A stretch of DNA of 64,000 bases, from assembly GCF_009914755.1 (NCBI RefSeq), contig NC_060931.1. One strand, written 5' to 3'. Source of the stretch: the human T2T-CHM13v2.0 reference genome, Homo sapiens. Below are positions 14,501 to 28,622 of the stretch, piece by piece (the first letter of the stretch is position 1; the number at the start of each line of letters is the position of its first letter). The notes below the pieces were generated by a model. That model saw only the letters and a list, made by a program, of their open reading frames with translations, did not search any database and was not told the origin of the DNA. A program made the position numbers and the translations under genes.

Positions 14501-17500
14501 ATTTTACAAAAACAGTGTTTCCAAAGTGCTCAATCAAAAAACAGGTTTAATTCTATGAGTTGAATGCACACATCACAAAGCAGTTTCTCAAAAAACTTAT
14601 TTGTAGTTTTTAACTGAAGACATTGCTTTTTTCACCATAGGTCTCTCTGTGCTCCCAAATATAGCTTTGCAGACTCTACAGAAACAGTGATTCCAAACTC
14701 CTCAATCAAAAGAGAGTTTTAACTCTGGGTGATGAATGCACACGTCAGAAAGTAGTTTCTCACATAGCTTCTGTCAAAGTCTTCTCTCAAGTTGTTTCTT
14801 TTACCACCATAGGCCTCAAAGCACTCTGAAATATCACTACACAGATTCTATAAAAACAGTGTTTCCAAACTCTTCCATAAAGAGAAAGATTTAATCAGTG
14901 AAATGAATGCACACATCAGAAACCAGTTGCTCATAAAGCTTCTTTCTAGTTTTCATCTGAAGATATTTCCTTGTTCACCATAGGCCGTTATGCACTAAAT
15001 AACATTGCTTTGCAGATTATACAAAAACAGTGTTTCCAAACTGCTCTGTCATAAAAAAAGGTTTAACTCTGTGAGATGAATGCATACATCATAAAGCAGT
15101 TTCTGAAAAATCTTCTTTCTAGTTTTTATCTGAAGATTTTTCCTTTTTCCCCATAGGCATCAGTATGCTTCCAAATATCCCTTTGCAGATTCTACAAAAA
15201 TAGTGTTTCCAAACTGCTCCATCAAAAGAAACCTTTAACTCTGTGAGAGGGATGCACACATCACAAAGTGGTTTCTCAGAAAGTTTCTTTCTAGTTTTTC
15301 CCTGAAGTTCTTTCCCTTTTCACCAGAGGCCTCATGCACTCCAAAATATCCCTTTGCATATTCTACAAAAACAATGTTTCCAAGCTGATGAATCAAAAGA
15401 AAGGTTTAACTCTGTGAGATAAATCCTCACATAAGAAAAAGTTTCTCAGAAAGCTTCTGTCTAGTTCTTCTCTGAAGATATTTCCATTTCCACCATAGGC
15501 CTCAATGCGCTCCCAAATATCCCTTCACAGGTTCTACAAAAACAGTGTTTCCAAACTGTTCCATCAAAAGAAGGACTTAACTTGGTAAGATAAATGCACA
15601 CATCAGAAAGCAGATTCTCACAATGCTTCTTTCCCGTTTTTATCCAATATTATTTCCTTTTTGACCATAGGCTTCAATGTGCTCCCAATTATCCCTTTGA
15701 AGATTCTACAAAAATAGTGTTTCCACCCACACAATCAAAAAACAAGGTTAACTCTGTTTGTTGAATGCACACGTCCCAAATCAGTTTCTCAAAAACTTCT
15801 TTCTAGATTTTATTTGAAGATATTTCCTTTTTCTCCATAGTCCTCAATGCGCCCTCAAATATCCCTTCACAGATTCTACAAAAACAGTGCTTCACAAATG
15901 TTCCATCAAAAGAAGGATTTGACTCTGTGACATGAATGCACACATCCTAAAACAGTTTCTCTTAATGCTTCTTTCCAGTTTTTATCTGAAGATACTCCCT
16001 TGTTCACCATAGGCCTCTTTATGCTACATAATATCACTTTGCAGATTACACCAAAATGGTGTTTTCAAACTGCTCAGTCAGAAGAAAAGTTTAACTCCAT
16101 GAGATGAATGCATACATCACAAAGCAGTTTCTCAAACGTTTTCTTGCTCCTCTTTATCCGAAGATATTTCCTTTTTCACCATAGTCACCAGTGCACTCCC
16201 AAATATCCATCAGCAGATTCTACAGAAATAGCTTTTCCAGACTACTCAATCAAAAGAAACATTTAAATCTGTGAGATGAATGCACACATTGAAAGCAGTT
16301 TCTCTGAGAGCTTCTTTCTAGTTTTTATCTGAAGTTATTTCCTTTTTCACCATAGGCCACGTCTGCTTCCAAATATCCATTTGCACATTCCACAAAAATA
16401 GTGTTTCCAAACTGATCAACTGAAAGAAAGGTTTAACTCTGTGAGATGGATGCACACATCACAAAGCAGTTTCTCAAAACTTCTTTCTAGTTTTTTCTGA
16501 AGATATTTCCTTTTTCAGCATAGTCTTCAATGTGCTCCTAAATAACCCTTTGCAGATTCTGAAAAACGTGTTTTTGAACTGTTCCATCAAAACAAGGATT
16601 TAACCCAGTGACATGAATGCAAACTTCACAAAGCAGTTTCTCATAACACTTCTTTCCAGTATTTATCTGAAGATATTTCCTTTTTCAGCATAGTCCTCAG
16701 CGTGCTCCTAAATAACCCTTTGCAGATTCTGAAAAAAGTATGTTTGAACTGTTCCATCCAAATAAGGATTTAACCCAGTGACATGAATGCAAACTTCACA
16801 AAGCAGTTTCTCATAATGCTTCTTTCCAGTATTTATCTGAAGATATTTCCTTGTTCAACATAGGACTTTTTGCACTAAATAACATCACTTGGCAGATAAC
16901 AAAAACACTGTTTCCAAACTTCTCAGTCAAAAGAAAGGTTTATGACTGTGAGACAAATGCACCCATCACAAAGCAGTTCCTCAAAAAGTTTCTTTCGTTT
17001 TGTATCTGAAGTTATTTCCTTTATCACCATAGGCTTCCACTCACTCCTAAATGTCCCTTTGCACATGCTACAAAAACAGTGTTTCCAAACTTCTCAATCA
17101 AAAAACAGGTTAAACTCTTTGAGTTGAATGCACACATCACAAAGCATTTCTCAGAAGGCTTCTTTCTTGATTTTATGTGAAGATATTTCCTTTTTCACCA
17201 TAGGCCTCAGTGTGCTCCCAAATATACCTTTGCAGATTCTACAAAAACAGCATTAACAAACTGCTCATTCAAATGAAACGTTTAACTGTGTGAGAAGAAT
17301 GCACACATCACAAAGCAGTTTCTCAGAAAGCTTCTCTCTAGTTTTTAATCTCAAGATATTTCCTTTTTCAACCCAGGCCTCAATGCACCCAAAAGTATCC
17401 CTGCCCTCAAAAATATCCTTTGGTAGATTCTACAAAAACAGTGTTTCCAAACTTCTCAGTGAAAAGAAAGGTTTAACACACTGAAATGAGGGAACACATC

Positions 17501-19700
17501 AGAAAGCAGGTTCTCAGATTGCTTCTTTATAGTATTTATCAGAAGATATTTCCTTTTCCACCTTAGGTCTCAATCCACTCCAAAATATCACTTTGCAGAT
17601 TCTACCACAACAGTGCTTCCACCTGCTCAATCAAAAGAAAGCCTTAACTCTCAGAGATGAATGCACACCTCACAAAGAGGTTTCTCAGAAAGGTTGTTAT
17701 TTGTTCTTATCTGAAGATATTTCCTTTTTCACCATAGGCTTCAATGTGTTGAAAAATATCCCATCAGAGATTCTAGAAAAACAGTGTTTCCAAACTGCTC
17801 AATCGAAAGAAAGCTTTAAATCTGTGAGATGAATGCAAATATCACAAAGAAGTTTCTCAGAAAACTTCTTTAAATTTCTTCTCTGATAATATTTCCTATT
17901 ACACCATAGGCCTCAATAGAATAAAAAATATCCCTTTGCAGATTCTACATATACAATGTTTCCAAACTGTGCCATCAAAAGGACTTAACTCTCTGAGATG
18001 AATGAACACATCTGAAAGCAGTTTGTCACTTTCTTTCCAGTTTTTATGTGAAGATATTTCTTTTTCACCATAGGCTTTTTGAGCTACATAATTTCGCTTT
18101 GCATAATATATAAAAACAGTGTTTCCATACTGCTCAATCGAAAAAGACTTTTACCTCTGTGAGTTCAATGCAGACATCACAAAGTACTTTCTCAAAAAGC
18201 TTATTTCTGTTTTTTTCTGAAGATATTTCCTTTTTTACCATAGGCCTCAGTACTATCCCAAATATACCTCTGCAGATTCTACAAAAACAGTGTTTCCAAA
18301 CTGCTCATTAAAAGAAATGTCTAAATTTGAGGGATGGATACACACATCACAAAGCAGTTTCTCAGATAGCTTCTGTCTAGTTCTTCTCTGAAGATATTTC
18401 CTTTTCCACCACAGGCCTCTATGCGCTCCCAAATATCCCTTTGCATTTTTTTTATAAAAACAGCATTTCCGAACTGTTCCATCAAAAAGATTTAACTCAG
18501 TGAGATGAATGCACACCTCAGAAAGCAGTTTCTCATAAGTCTACTTTCCAGAAGATATTTCCTTGTTCACCTTAGGCCTTTTTCTGCTCCCTAACATTGC
18601 TTCACAGATAATACAAATACTGTGTTTCAAAACTGCTCAATCAAAACAAAAGTTTAACACTGTGAGATGAATGCATACATCAGAAAGCTTTTTCTCATAA
18701 AGCTTCTTTCTAGTTTTTATCCAAAGATATTTCCTTTTTCACTATAGGAATCAGTGCACTACAAAATATCCCTTTATGGATTATACATAACCAGTGTTTC
18801 CAAACTGCTCAATGAAAAGAAACATTTATCTCTGTGAGAAGAAGTCACACATCCAAAAGAGGTTTCTCAGAAAGCTTCTTTTAAGTTTTTATCAGAAGTT
18901 ATTTTCTTTTTCACCATAGGCCTCGTGAGTTCCCAAATATCCATTCGCAGTTTGTACAAAAACACTGTTTCCAAACTGATCATTCAAAAGATAGGTTTAC
19001 CTCTGTGAGATGAATGCAAACATCACAAAAAAGTTTCTCAAAATACTTCTTTCTAGTTTATATCTGAATATATTTCCTTTTTCATCATAGGCCTAAATGT
19101 GCTTCTAAATATCCTTTCACACATTCTCCAAAAACAATATTTCCAAACTGATCAATCAAAAGAAACATTTAAATCTGTGAGAAGAATGCACACATCACAA
19201 AGTGGTTTCTCAAAAGGCTTCTTTGTAGTTTTTATCCAAAGTTATTTCCTATTTCCCCCAGGCCTCTGTGCACTCCCAAATACCTCTTCGCAGATTCTAC
19301 CAAAACGGTGTTTCCAAACTGGTTCACCAAAGAAAGGTTTAACTCTGTGAGATGAATGCACGCATGTCAAAATAGTTTCTCAGAATGCAACTTTCTAGTT
19401 TTTACTTGGAGTTATTTCCTTTTTCTCCATTGGCCTCAATTCACTCCCAAATGACCCTTCACAGATCCTGCTGAAAGGCTGTTTCCAAATGGCACCATCA
19501 AAGGAAAGATTTAACACTGTGAAATGAATGTCCACATCACAAATCAGTGCCTCAGAAAGCTGCTTTCCAGTTTTTTTTTTTTTGAAGATATTTCCTGTTT
19601 CACCATAGGCCTTTTTGCACTACCAATCATCACTTCCCATATTATACAAAAACAGTATTTCCAAACTGCTCATTCAACAGAAAGTTTTAACTCTGTGAGA
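2501..19700 (-). repeat. Diverged alpha satellite with recurring ordered monomer types (degenerate higher-order structure)
   Basis: Monomers of about 172 bp. The diagnostic motif TTCCATCAAAAGAAGGA, followed by CATCAGAAAGCAGTTTCTCATAA and TTCCTTGTTCACC, recurs every 2-7 monomers. Confidence 0.93.
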
Positions 19701-22700
19701 TGAATGTACACATCACAAAGCAGTTTCTCAGAAAGCTTCTTTCTAGTTTTTATCTGAAGATATTTCCTTTAACAGCATAGGCCTCAATGTCCTCCCAAAT
19801 ATCCCTTCACAAATTCCTCAAAAACAGTCTTTCCAAACTGATCAATCAAAAGAAAGGTTTAACTTTGTGAGATGAATGCACTCATGACTAAGCAGTTTCT
19901 CAGAAAGCTTCTTTCTAGTTTTTATCAGAAGATATTTCCTTTTTCACCATAATTCTCAGTGCACTCCCAAATATTCCTTCGCAGATTCTACAAAAACAGT
20001 GTTTGCAGTCTGCTCAATCAAAAGAAAGGTTTAACTCTGTGAGATAAATGCACACATCACAAAGCAGTTTCTCAGAAACTTTCTTTGTAGTTTTTACTTG
20101 ATGATATTTCCCTTTTCAGAGTGGGCCTCAATGCGCTCCCAAATATCCCTTTGCAGATTCTACAAAAACAGTGTTTCCAAACTGCTCAATCAAAAGAGAG
20201 GTTTACCTCTGTGAGATGTATGTACACATCACTAAGCAGTATCTCAGAAAAACTTTTGTAGTTTTTATTTGAAGGTATTTCCTTTTTCTCCATAGGCCTC
20301 AATGAGCTCTCAAATATCCCTTCACAGATTCTACAAAAACAGTGTTTCCAAACTGTTCAATCAAAAGAAATGTTTAACTCTGTGAGATTTAAACACCATA
20401 GGCATTGAAGGGCTCAAAAATATCCCTTTGCAGATACTACAAAAACAATGTTTCCAATCTGCTCAATCAAGTAAAAGCTTTAATTCTGTGAGATGAATGC
20501 TCACATCACAAAGCAGTTTCTCAGAAATCTTTTTTCTAGTTTTTATCTGTAGATATTTCCTTTTTCAGCATAGGCCTCCATTTGCTCCCAAATATTCCTT
20601 CACAGATTCTTCAAAAGGAGTGTTTCCAAACTTCTCAATCAAAAGAAAGGTTTGACTCTGTGATATAAATGCACACTTAACAAAGCATTGTCTTAGAAAC
20701 GTTCTTTCTAGTTTTTACCTGAACACATTAACATTTTCACCATAGGCCTCAATGCGTTCCCTAATATCTCTTCACAGATCTACAAAAACACTGTTTCCAA
20801 ACTCCTAAATCAAAGAAAGTTTTACATCTGTGAGGGGAAGACACACATCACAGAGAAGTTTGCAGAAAGCTTCTTTCTAATTTTTATCTGAAGATATTTC
20901 CTTTCTCAGCACAGGCCTCAGTGTGCTCTCATATCCCTTCATAGAATCTACAAAAACACTATTTCAAAACTGCTAAACCAAAAGAAAGTTTTATCGCTGT
21001 GAAATGAATGCAAACATCACAAAGCAGTTTCTCCTAATGCTTCTTTTTAGTTTTTATCTGAATGTATTTCCTTTTCCACCGTAGGCCTTGATGCCCTCCC
21101 AAATATACCTTTGCAGATTCTACAAAAACAGAGATTCTAAACTGCTCAATTACAAGAAAGGTTTATAATTGTGAGCTGAATGCACACATCACAAAGCCAT
21201 GTCTCAGAATCTTTCTAATTTTTGTCTGAAGCTATTTCCTTTTTCCACATAGGCCTCAAAGCACTGCAAAATATCCCTTTGCAGATGGTACAAAGACAGT
21301 TTTTCCAAACTGCTTCATCAAAAGAAAGGTTTAACTGTAGGAGATGAATGCACTCCTCCCAAAGCAGTTTCTCAGAAAACTTCTGTCTTGTTTTTAACTG
21401 AAGACATTTCTTTTTTCAACATAGGCCTCAAATCACTCCCCTTTGCAGATTCTACAAAAACAGTGTTTCCAAGCTGCTCATTCAAAAGAATGTTTTAATG
21501 CTGTGAGATGAATGCAGACATCACAAAGTAGCTTCTCTGAAACCCTCTCTCTAGTTTTTCTCTGAAGATATTTCGTTTTTCACCTTGGCCTCAATGTGCT
21601 TCCTACTATCCCTTCACAGACACTACAAAGATAGTGTTTCCAAACTGCTCAGTCAAATGAAAGTTTTGACTCTGAGAGACTAATGCACACATCACAAAAC
21701 AGTTTCTCAGAACACTTATTTCTAGTATTTATCCGAAGATTTTTCACCATAGGTGTCAATGTGCTCCAAAATATCCCTTTGCAGATTCTATAAAAACAGA
21801 TTCCAAACTGCTCAATCAAAAGGAAAGTTTACATCTTGAAATGAGTGCACACACAACAAAGCCGTGTCTCAGAAGCCTTCTTTCTAGTTTTTACCTGATG
21901 ATATTACCTTTTTCATCAAAGGTCTAAATATGCTCCCAAATATCCCTTTGCAGATTCTACAAAACCAGTGTTTTCAAGCTGCTCTTTAAAAAGAAAGGTT
22001 TAATTCTATGAGACCAATGGACACATCACAAAGCAGTTTCTCAGAAATATTCTTTCTAGTTTTGATCTGAAGATATTTCCTTTTTTTCTGTTGGCCTCAA
22101 AGCACTCTGAAATATCCCTTCACAATTTCTAACAAAACAGTTTTTCCAAAGTGCTGAATCAAAAAAAGCTTTAATTCTGTGAGATGAATTCACACATCAC
22201 AAAGCAGTTTCTCAGAAATCTTCTATCTAGTTTTTATATGAGGGTATTTTATTTTTCACCATAGGCCTAATTACATTCCCAAATCTCCCTTCACAGATTC
22301 TACAAAAACAGTGTTTACAAAATGCTCAATGAAAAGAAAGTTTTGACTCTGTGACATGAATGCACACATCACAGAGCAGTTTCTCAGAAATATTTTTTGT
22401 TTTTATCTGGATATTTCCTTTTTCACCATAGGACTTAATGATCTCCCAATTATCCCTTCTCTGATTCTACAAAAACAGTGTTTCCAAACTGCTCAATCGA
22501 AAGAAAGGTTTACATCTGTGAGATGAATGCGCACAGCACAAAGCTGTGTCTCAGAACCTTTCTTTCTATTTTTTAGCTGAAGATATCTCCTTTTTCACCA
22601 TACACCTCAAAGTGTTCCAAAATATCCCTTTGCAGAATCTACAAAAAATGTGTGTCAAAACTGTTCAATGAAAAGAGGGATTTAACTCGGTGTGTTGTAT

Positions 22701-23872
22701 GCACACATCTCAAATCAGTATCTCAGAAAATTTCTATGTATTTATTTGAAGATATTTCCTTTTTCATCATAGTCCTCAACGAGCTCCCAAATATCCCTTC
22801 AGAGATTCTACAAAAACAGTGTTTACAAACTGCTCAATCCAATGAAAGGTTTAACTCTGTGAGATAAATGCACACATCACAAAGCAGTGTCTCAGAATGG
22901 TTCTTTCTGTTTTTTTATCTGAAGGTATTTTCTTTTTCACCATAGGCCCCAAATCCTTCCAAATATGCCTTCCCAGATTCTACAAAAACAGTGTTCCCAA
23001 AATACTCAATCAAAAGGAAGGTTTAACTGGGTGTGATGCATGCACACATCAAACATAAGTGTCTCTGAAAGCTTCTTTCTAGTTTTTATCTGCAGATATT
23101 TCCTTTTTCAGCCTAGGACTGAATGCACTCCCAAATATCCCTTCGCAGTTTCTACAAAACTGCTCAATCAAAAGTATGGTTTACATCTTTGAGAAAAACG
23201 TACACATCACAGAGCAGTTTCTCAGAAAGACTCAATCTAGTTGTTATCTGAAGATATTTCCTTTTCACCATAGGCCTCAAAGTGCTGCCAAATATCTTTT
23301 CCCAGATTCTACAAAAACAGTGTTTACAAGCTGCTCAATCAAAAGAAAGGTTTAACTCTGTGAATTGAATACTCACATCACAAAGCAGTTTCTCTGAAAC
23401 CTTCTTTGTAGTTTTTATCTGAATGTATTTCCTTTTTCAGCCTAGGTCTCAAAGTGCTCTGAAACATCCCTTTGCCGATTCTACAAAAACAGTGTTTCAA
23501 AACTGCTCAATCAAAAGACAGGTTTAACTCTGTGAGATGAATCTACACATCATGAAGCAGTGTCTCAGAAACATTCTTTGTAGTTTTTACCTGAAGATAT
23601 TAACATTTTTAGCATAGGCCTCAATGTTCTTCCTAATATCTCTGCGCAGTTTCCACAAAAACAGCGTTTTCAAACTTCTCAACCAAAATAAAGGTTTACA
23701 GCTGTTGGATGATGGCACACATGAAAAACCAGTTTCTCAGAAAGCTTCTGTCTAATTTTCATCAGAAGATTTTTCCTTTTTTATCCTAGGCTTCAATGAG
23801 CTCCCAAATATCCCTTCACAGATTATACAAAAACAGTGTTTCCACACTGCTCAATCAAAAACATGGTTTTAC
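19701..23872 (-). repeat. Monomeric alpha satellite, single dominant monomer type
   Basis: 172-bp period (anchors at 19691, 19863, 20035, 20207). Consensus-like TTTTTATCTGAAGATATTTCCTTTTTCACCATAGGCCTCAATG..CTGCTCAATCAAAAGAAAGGTTTAAC. Confidence 0.93.
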
Positions 23873-26761
<2,889 letters not shown>

Positions 26762-26824
26762 TATGATGTTAGGTAGTTATTTTGCTCGTTAGTTGATGCA
26801 GTTTCTTTCTATCATCGATGGCCT

Positions 26825-27838
26825 TTACAATTTGGCATGTTTTTGCAGTGGCTGGTACTGGTTGTTCCTTTCCATGTTTAGTGCTTCCTTCAGGAGCTCT
26901 TGTAGGGCAGGCCTCGTGGTGACAAAATCTCTCAGCATTTGCTTGTCTGTAAAGGACTTTATTTCTCCTTCACTTATGAAGCTTAGTTTGGCTGGATATG
27001 AAATTCTGGGTTGAAAATTCTTTTCTTTAAGAATGTTGAATATTGGGCCCCCCTCTCTTCTGGTTTGTAGAGTTTCTGCTGAGAGATCAGCTGTTAGTCT
27101 GATGGGCTTCCCTTTGTGCGTATCCAGACCTTTCTCTCTGGCTGTCCTTAACATTTTTTCCTTCATTTCAACTTTGGTGAATCTGACAATTACGTGCCTT
27201 GGAGTTTCTCTTCTTGAGGAGTATCTTTGTGGACTTCTCTGTATTTTCTGAATTTGAATGTTGGCCTGCCTTGCTAGGTTGGGGAAGTTCTCCTGGATAA
27301 TATCCTGCAGAGTGTTTTCCAACTTGTTTCTATTCTCCCCGTCACTTTCAGGTACAGCAATCACACGTAGATTTTGTCTTTTCACGTAATCCCATATTTC
27401 TTGGAGGCTTCTTTCATTTCTTTTTACCCTTTTTTCTCTAAAATTATCTTCTCGCTTCATTTGATTCATTTGATCTTCCATCACTGTTACCCTTTCTTCC
27501 AGTTGATCAAATCAGCTACTGAAGCTTGTGCATTCATCACGTAGTTCTTGTGCCATTGTTTTCAGCTCCATCAGGTCATTTAAGGACTTTTCTACACTGG
27601 TTATTCTAGTTAGCTCTTGGTCTTATTTTTTTCAAGGTTTTTAGCTTCTTTCCAATGTGTTCAAACTTCCTCCTTTCGATCACAGAAGTTTGATCATCTG
27701 AAGCTTTCTTCTCTCAACTTCTCAAAGTCATTCTCTGTCCAGCTTGTTCTCTTGCTGGCGAGGAGCTGCGTTCCTTTGCAAGGGGAGAGGCACTCTGATG
27801 TTTAGAATTTTCAGCTTTTCTGCTGTTTTTTTCCCCAT
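26825..27838 (-). pseudogene. Disrupted L1 ORF1 (RNA-binding chaperone)
   Basis: ATG GGG AAA AAA at 27838, followed by an extra A (frameshift; reads MGKKTAEKL instead of MGKKQ). The C-terminal 219 codons are open and end ..NQYQPLQKHAKL at 26825. Confidence 0.95.
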
Positions 27839-27965
27839 CTTTGTGGTTTTATCTACCTTTGGTCTTTGATGATAGTGACGTACAGTTGGGTTTTGGTGTG
27901 GATGTGCTTTCTTTTTGTTAGTTTTCCTTCTAACCGTCAGGAACCTCAGCTGCAGGTCTGCTGAA

Positions 27966-28092
27966 TTTTGCTGGAGGTCCATTCCAGACCTGTTTGCCTG
28001 GGTATCAGCAGCAGAGGCTGCAGAACTGCGATTATTGCTGAACAGCACATTTTGCTGCCTGATCATTCCTCTGGAAGCTTCATCTCAGAGGA
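27966..28092. promoter_or_regulatory. ~129-bp L1 5'UTR segment containing the ZNF93 binding region
   Basis: Sequence between CTGCAGGTCTG and GTACCCGGCC, including GGGTATCAGCAGCAGAGGCTGCAG. This segment is known to be deleted in L1HS/L1PA2 and part of L1PA3. Confidence 0.75.
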
Positions 28093-28407
28093 GTACCCGG
28101 CCATGTGAGCAGCCAGTCTGCCTCTACTGGAGGGTGCCTCTCAGTCTACTCAGGGGTCAGGGACCCACTTGAGGAGGCAGTCTGTCAATTCTCAGATCTC
28201 AAATGCCATGCTGGGAGAACCACAGCTCTCTTCAAAGCTGTCAGACAGGGACTTTTAAGTCTGCAGAAGTTTCTGCTGTCTTTTGTTCGGCTATGCCCTG
28301 CCCCCAGAGGTGGAGTCTCTAAAGACAGGCAGGCCTCCTTGAGCTGCGGTGGGCTCCACTGAGATCGAGCTTCTCAGATGCTTTGTTTACATACTCAAGC
28401 CTTAGCA

Positions 28408-28622
28408 ATTGCAGGCACCCCACTCCCAGCCTTGCTGCCACCTTGCAGTTCGAACTCAGACTGATGTGCTAACAATAAGCAAGACTCTGTGGGCTTGGGA
28501 CCCTCTCAGCCATGTGCGGGATATAACCTCCTGGTGTGCCATTTGCTAAGACCATTGGAAAAGCACAGTATTAGGGTTAGAGTTACCCAATTTTCCAGGT
28601 GCCGTCTGTCACCACTTCCCTT
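28408..28622 (+). pseudogene. Disrupted L1 ORF0 (antisense 5'UTR ORF)
   Basis: The start ATG is mutated to ATT at 28408 and there is an in-frame TGA at 28462. The downstream frame GLGPSQPCAGYNLLVCHLLRPLEKHSIRVRVTQFSRC matches the ORF0 C-terminal half (GVGPSEPGVGYSLVVRRFLSRSEKRNIRVGVTRFSRC). Confidence 0.82.

Larger units (their letters stand above)
27839..28622 (-). promoter_or_regulatory. Partial L1 5'UTR: first ~240 nt missing, antisense-promoter region retained
   Basis: GC-rich L1PA 5'UTR sequence (GGGGTCAGGGACCCACTTGAGGAGGCAGTCTG; TTTTCCAGGTGCCGTCTGTCACC) that stops abruptly at alphoid DNA. Promoter activity is not shown by the sequence. Confidence 0.85.

Noticed and set aside
26825-27484. 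Open 219-codon ORF1 C-terminus as a domesticated gene
   Set aside because: This length is unremarkable for an L1 of this age, the N-terminus is frameshifted, and there is no evidence of selection.
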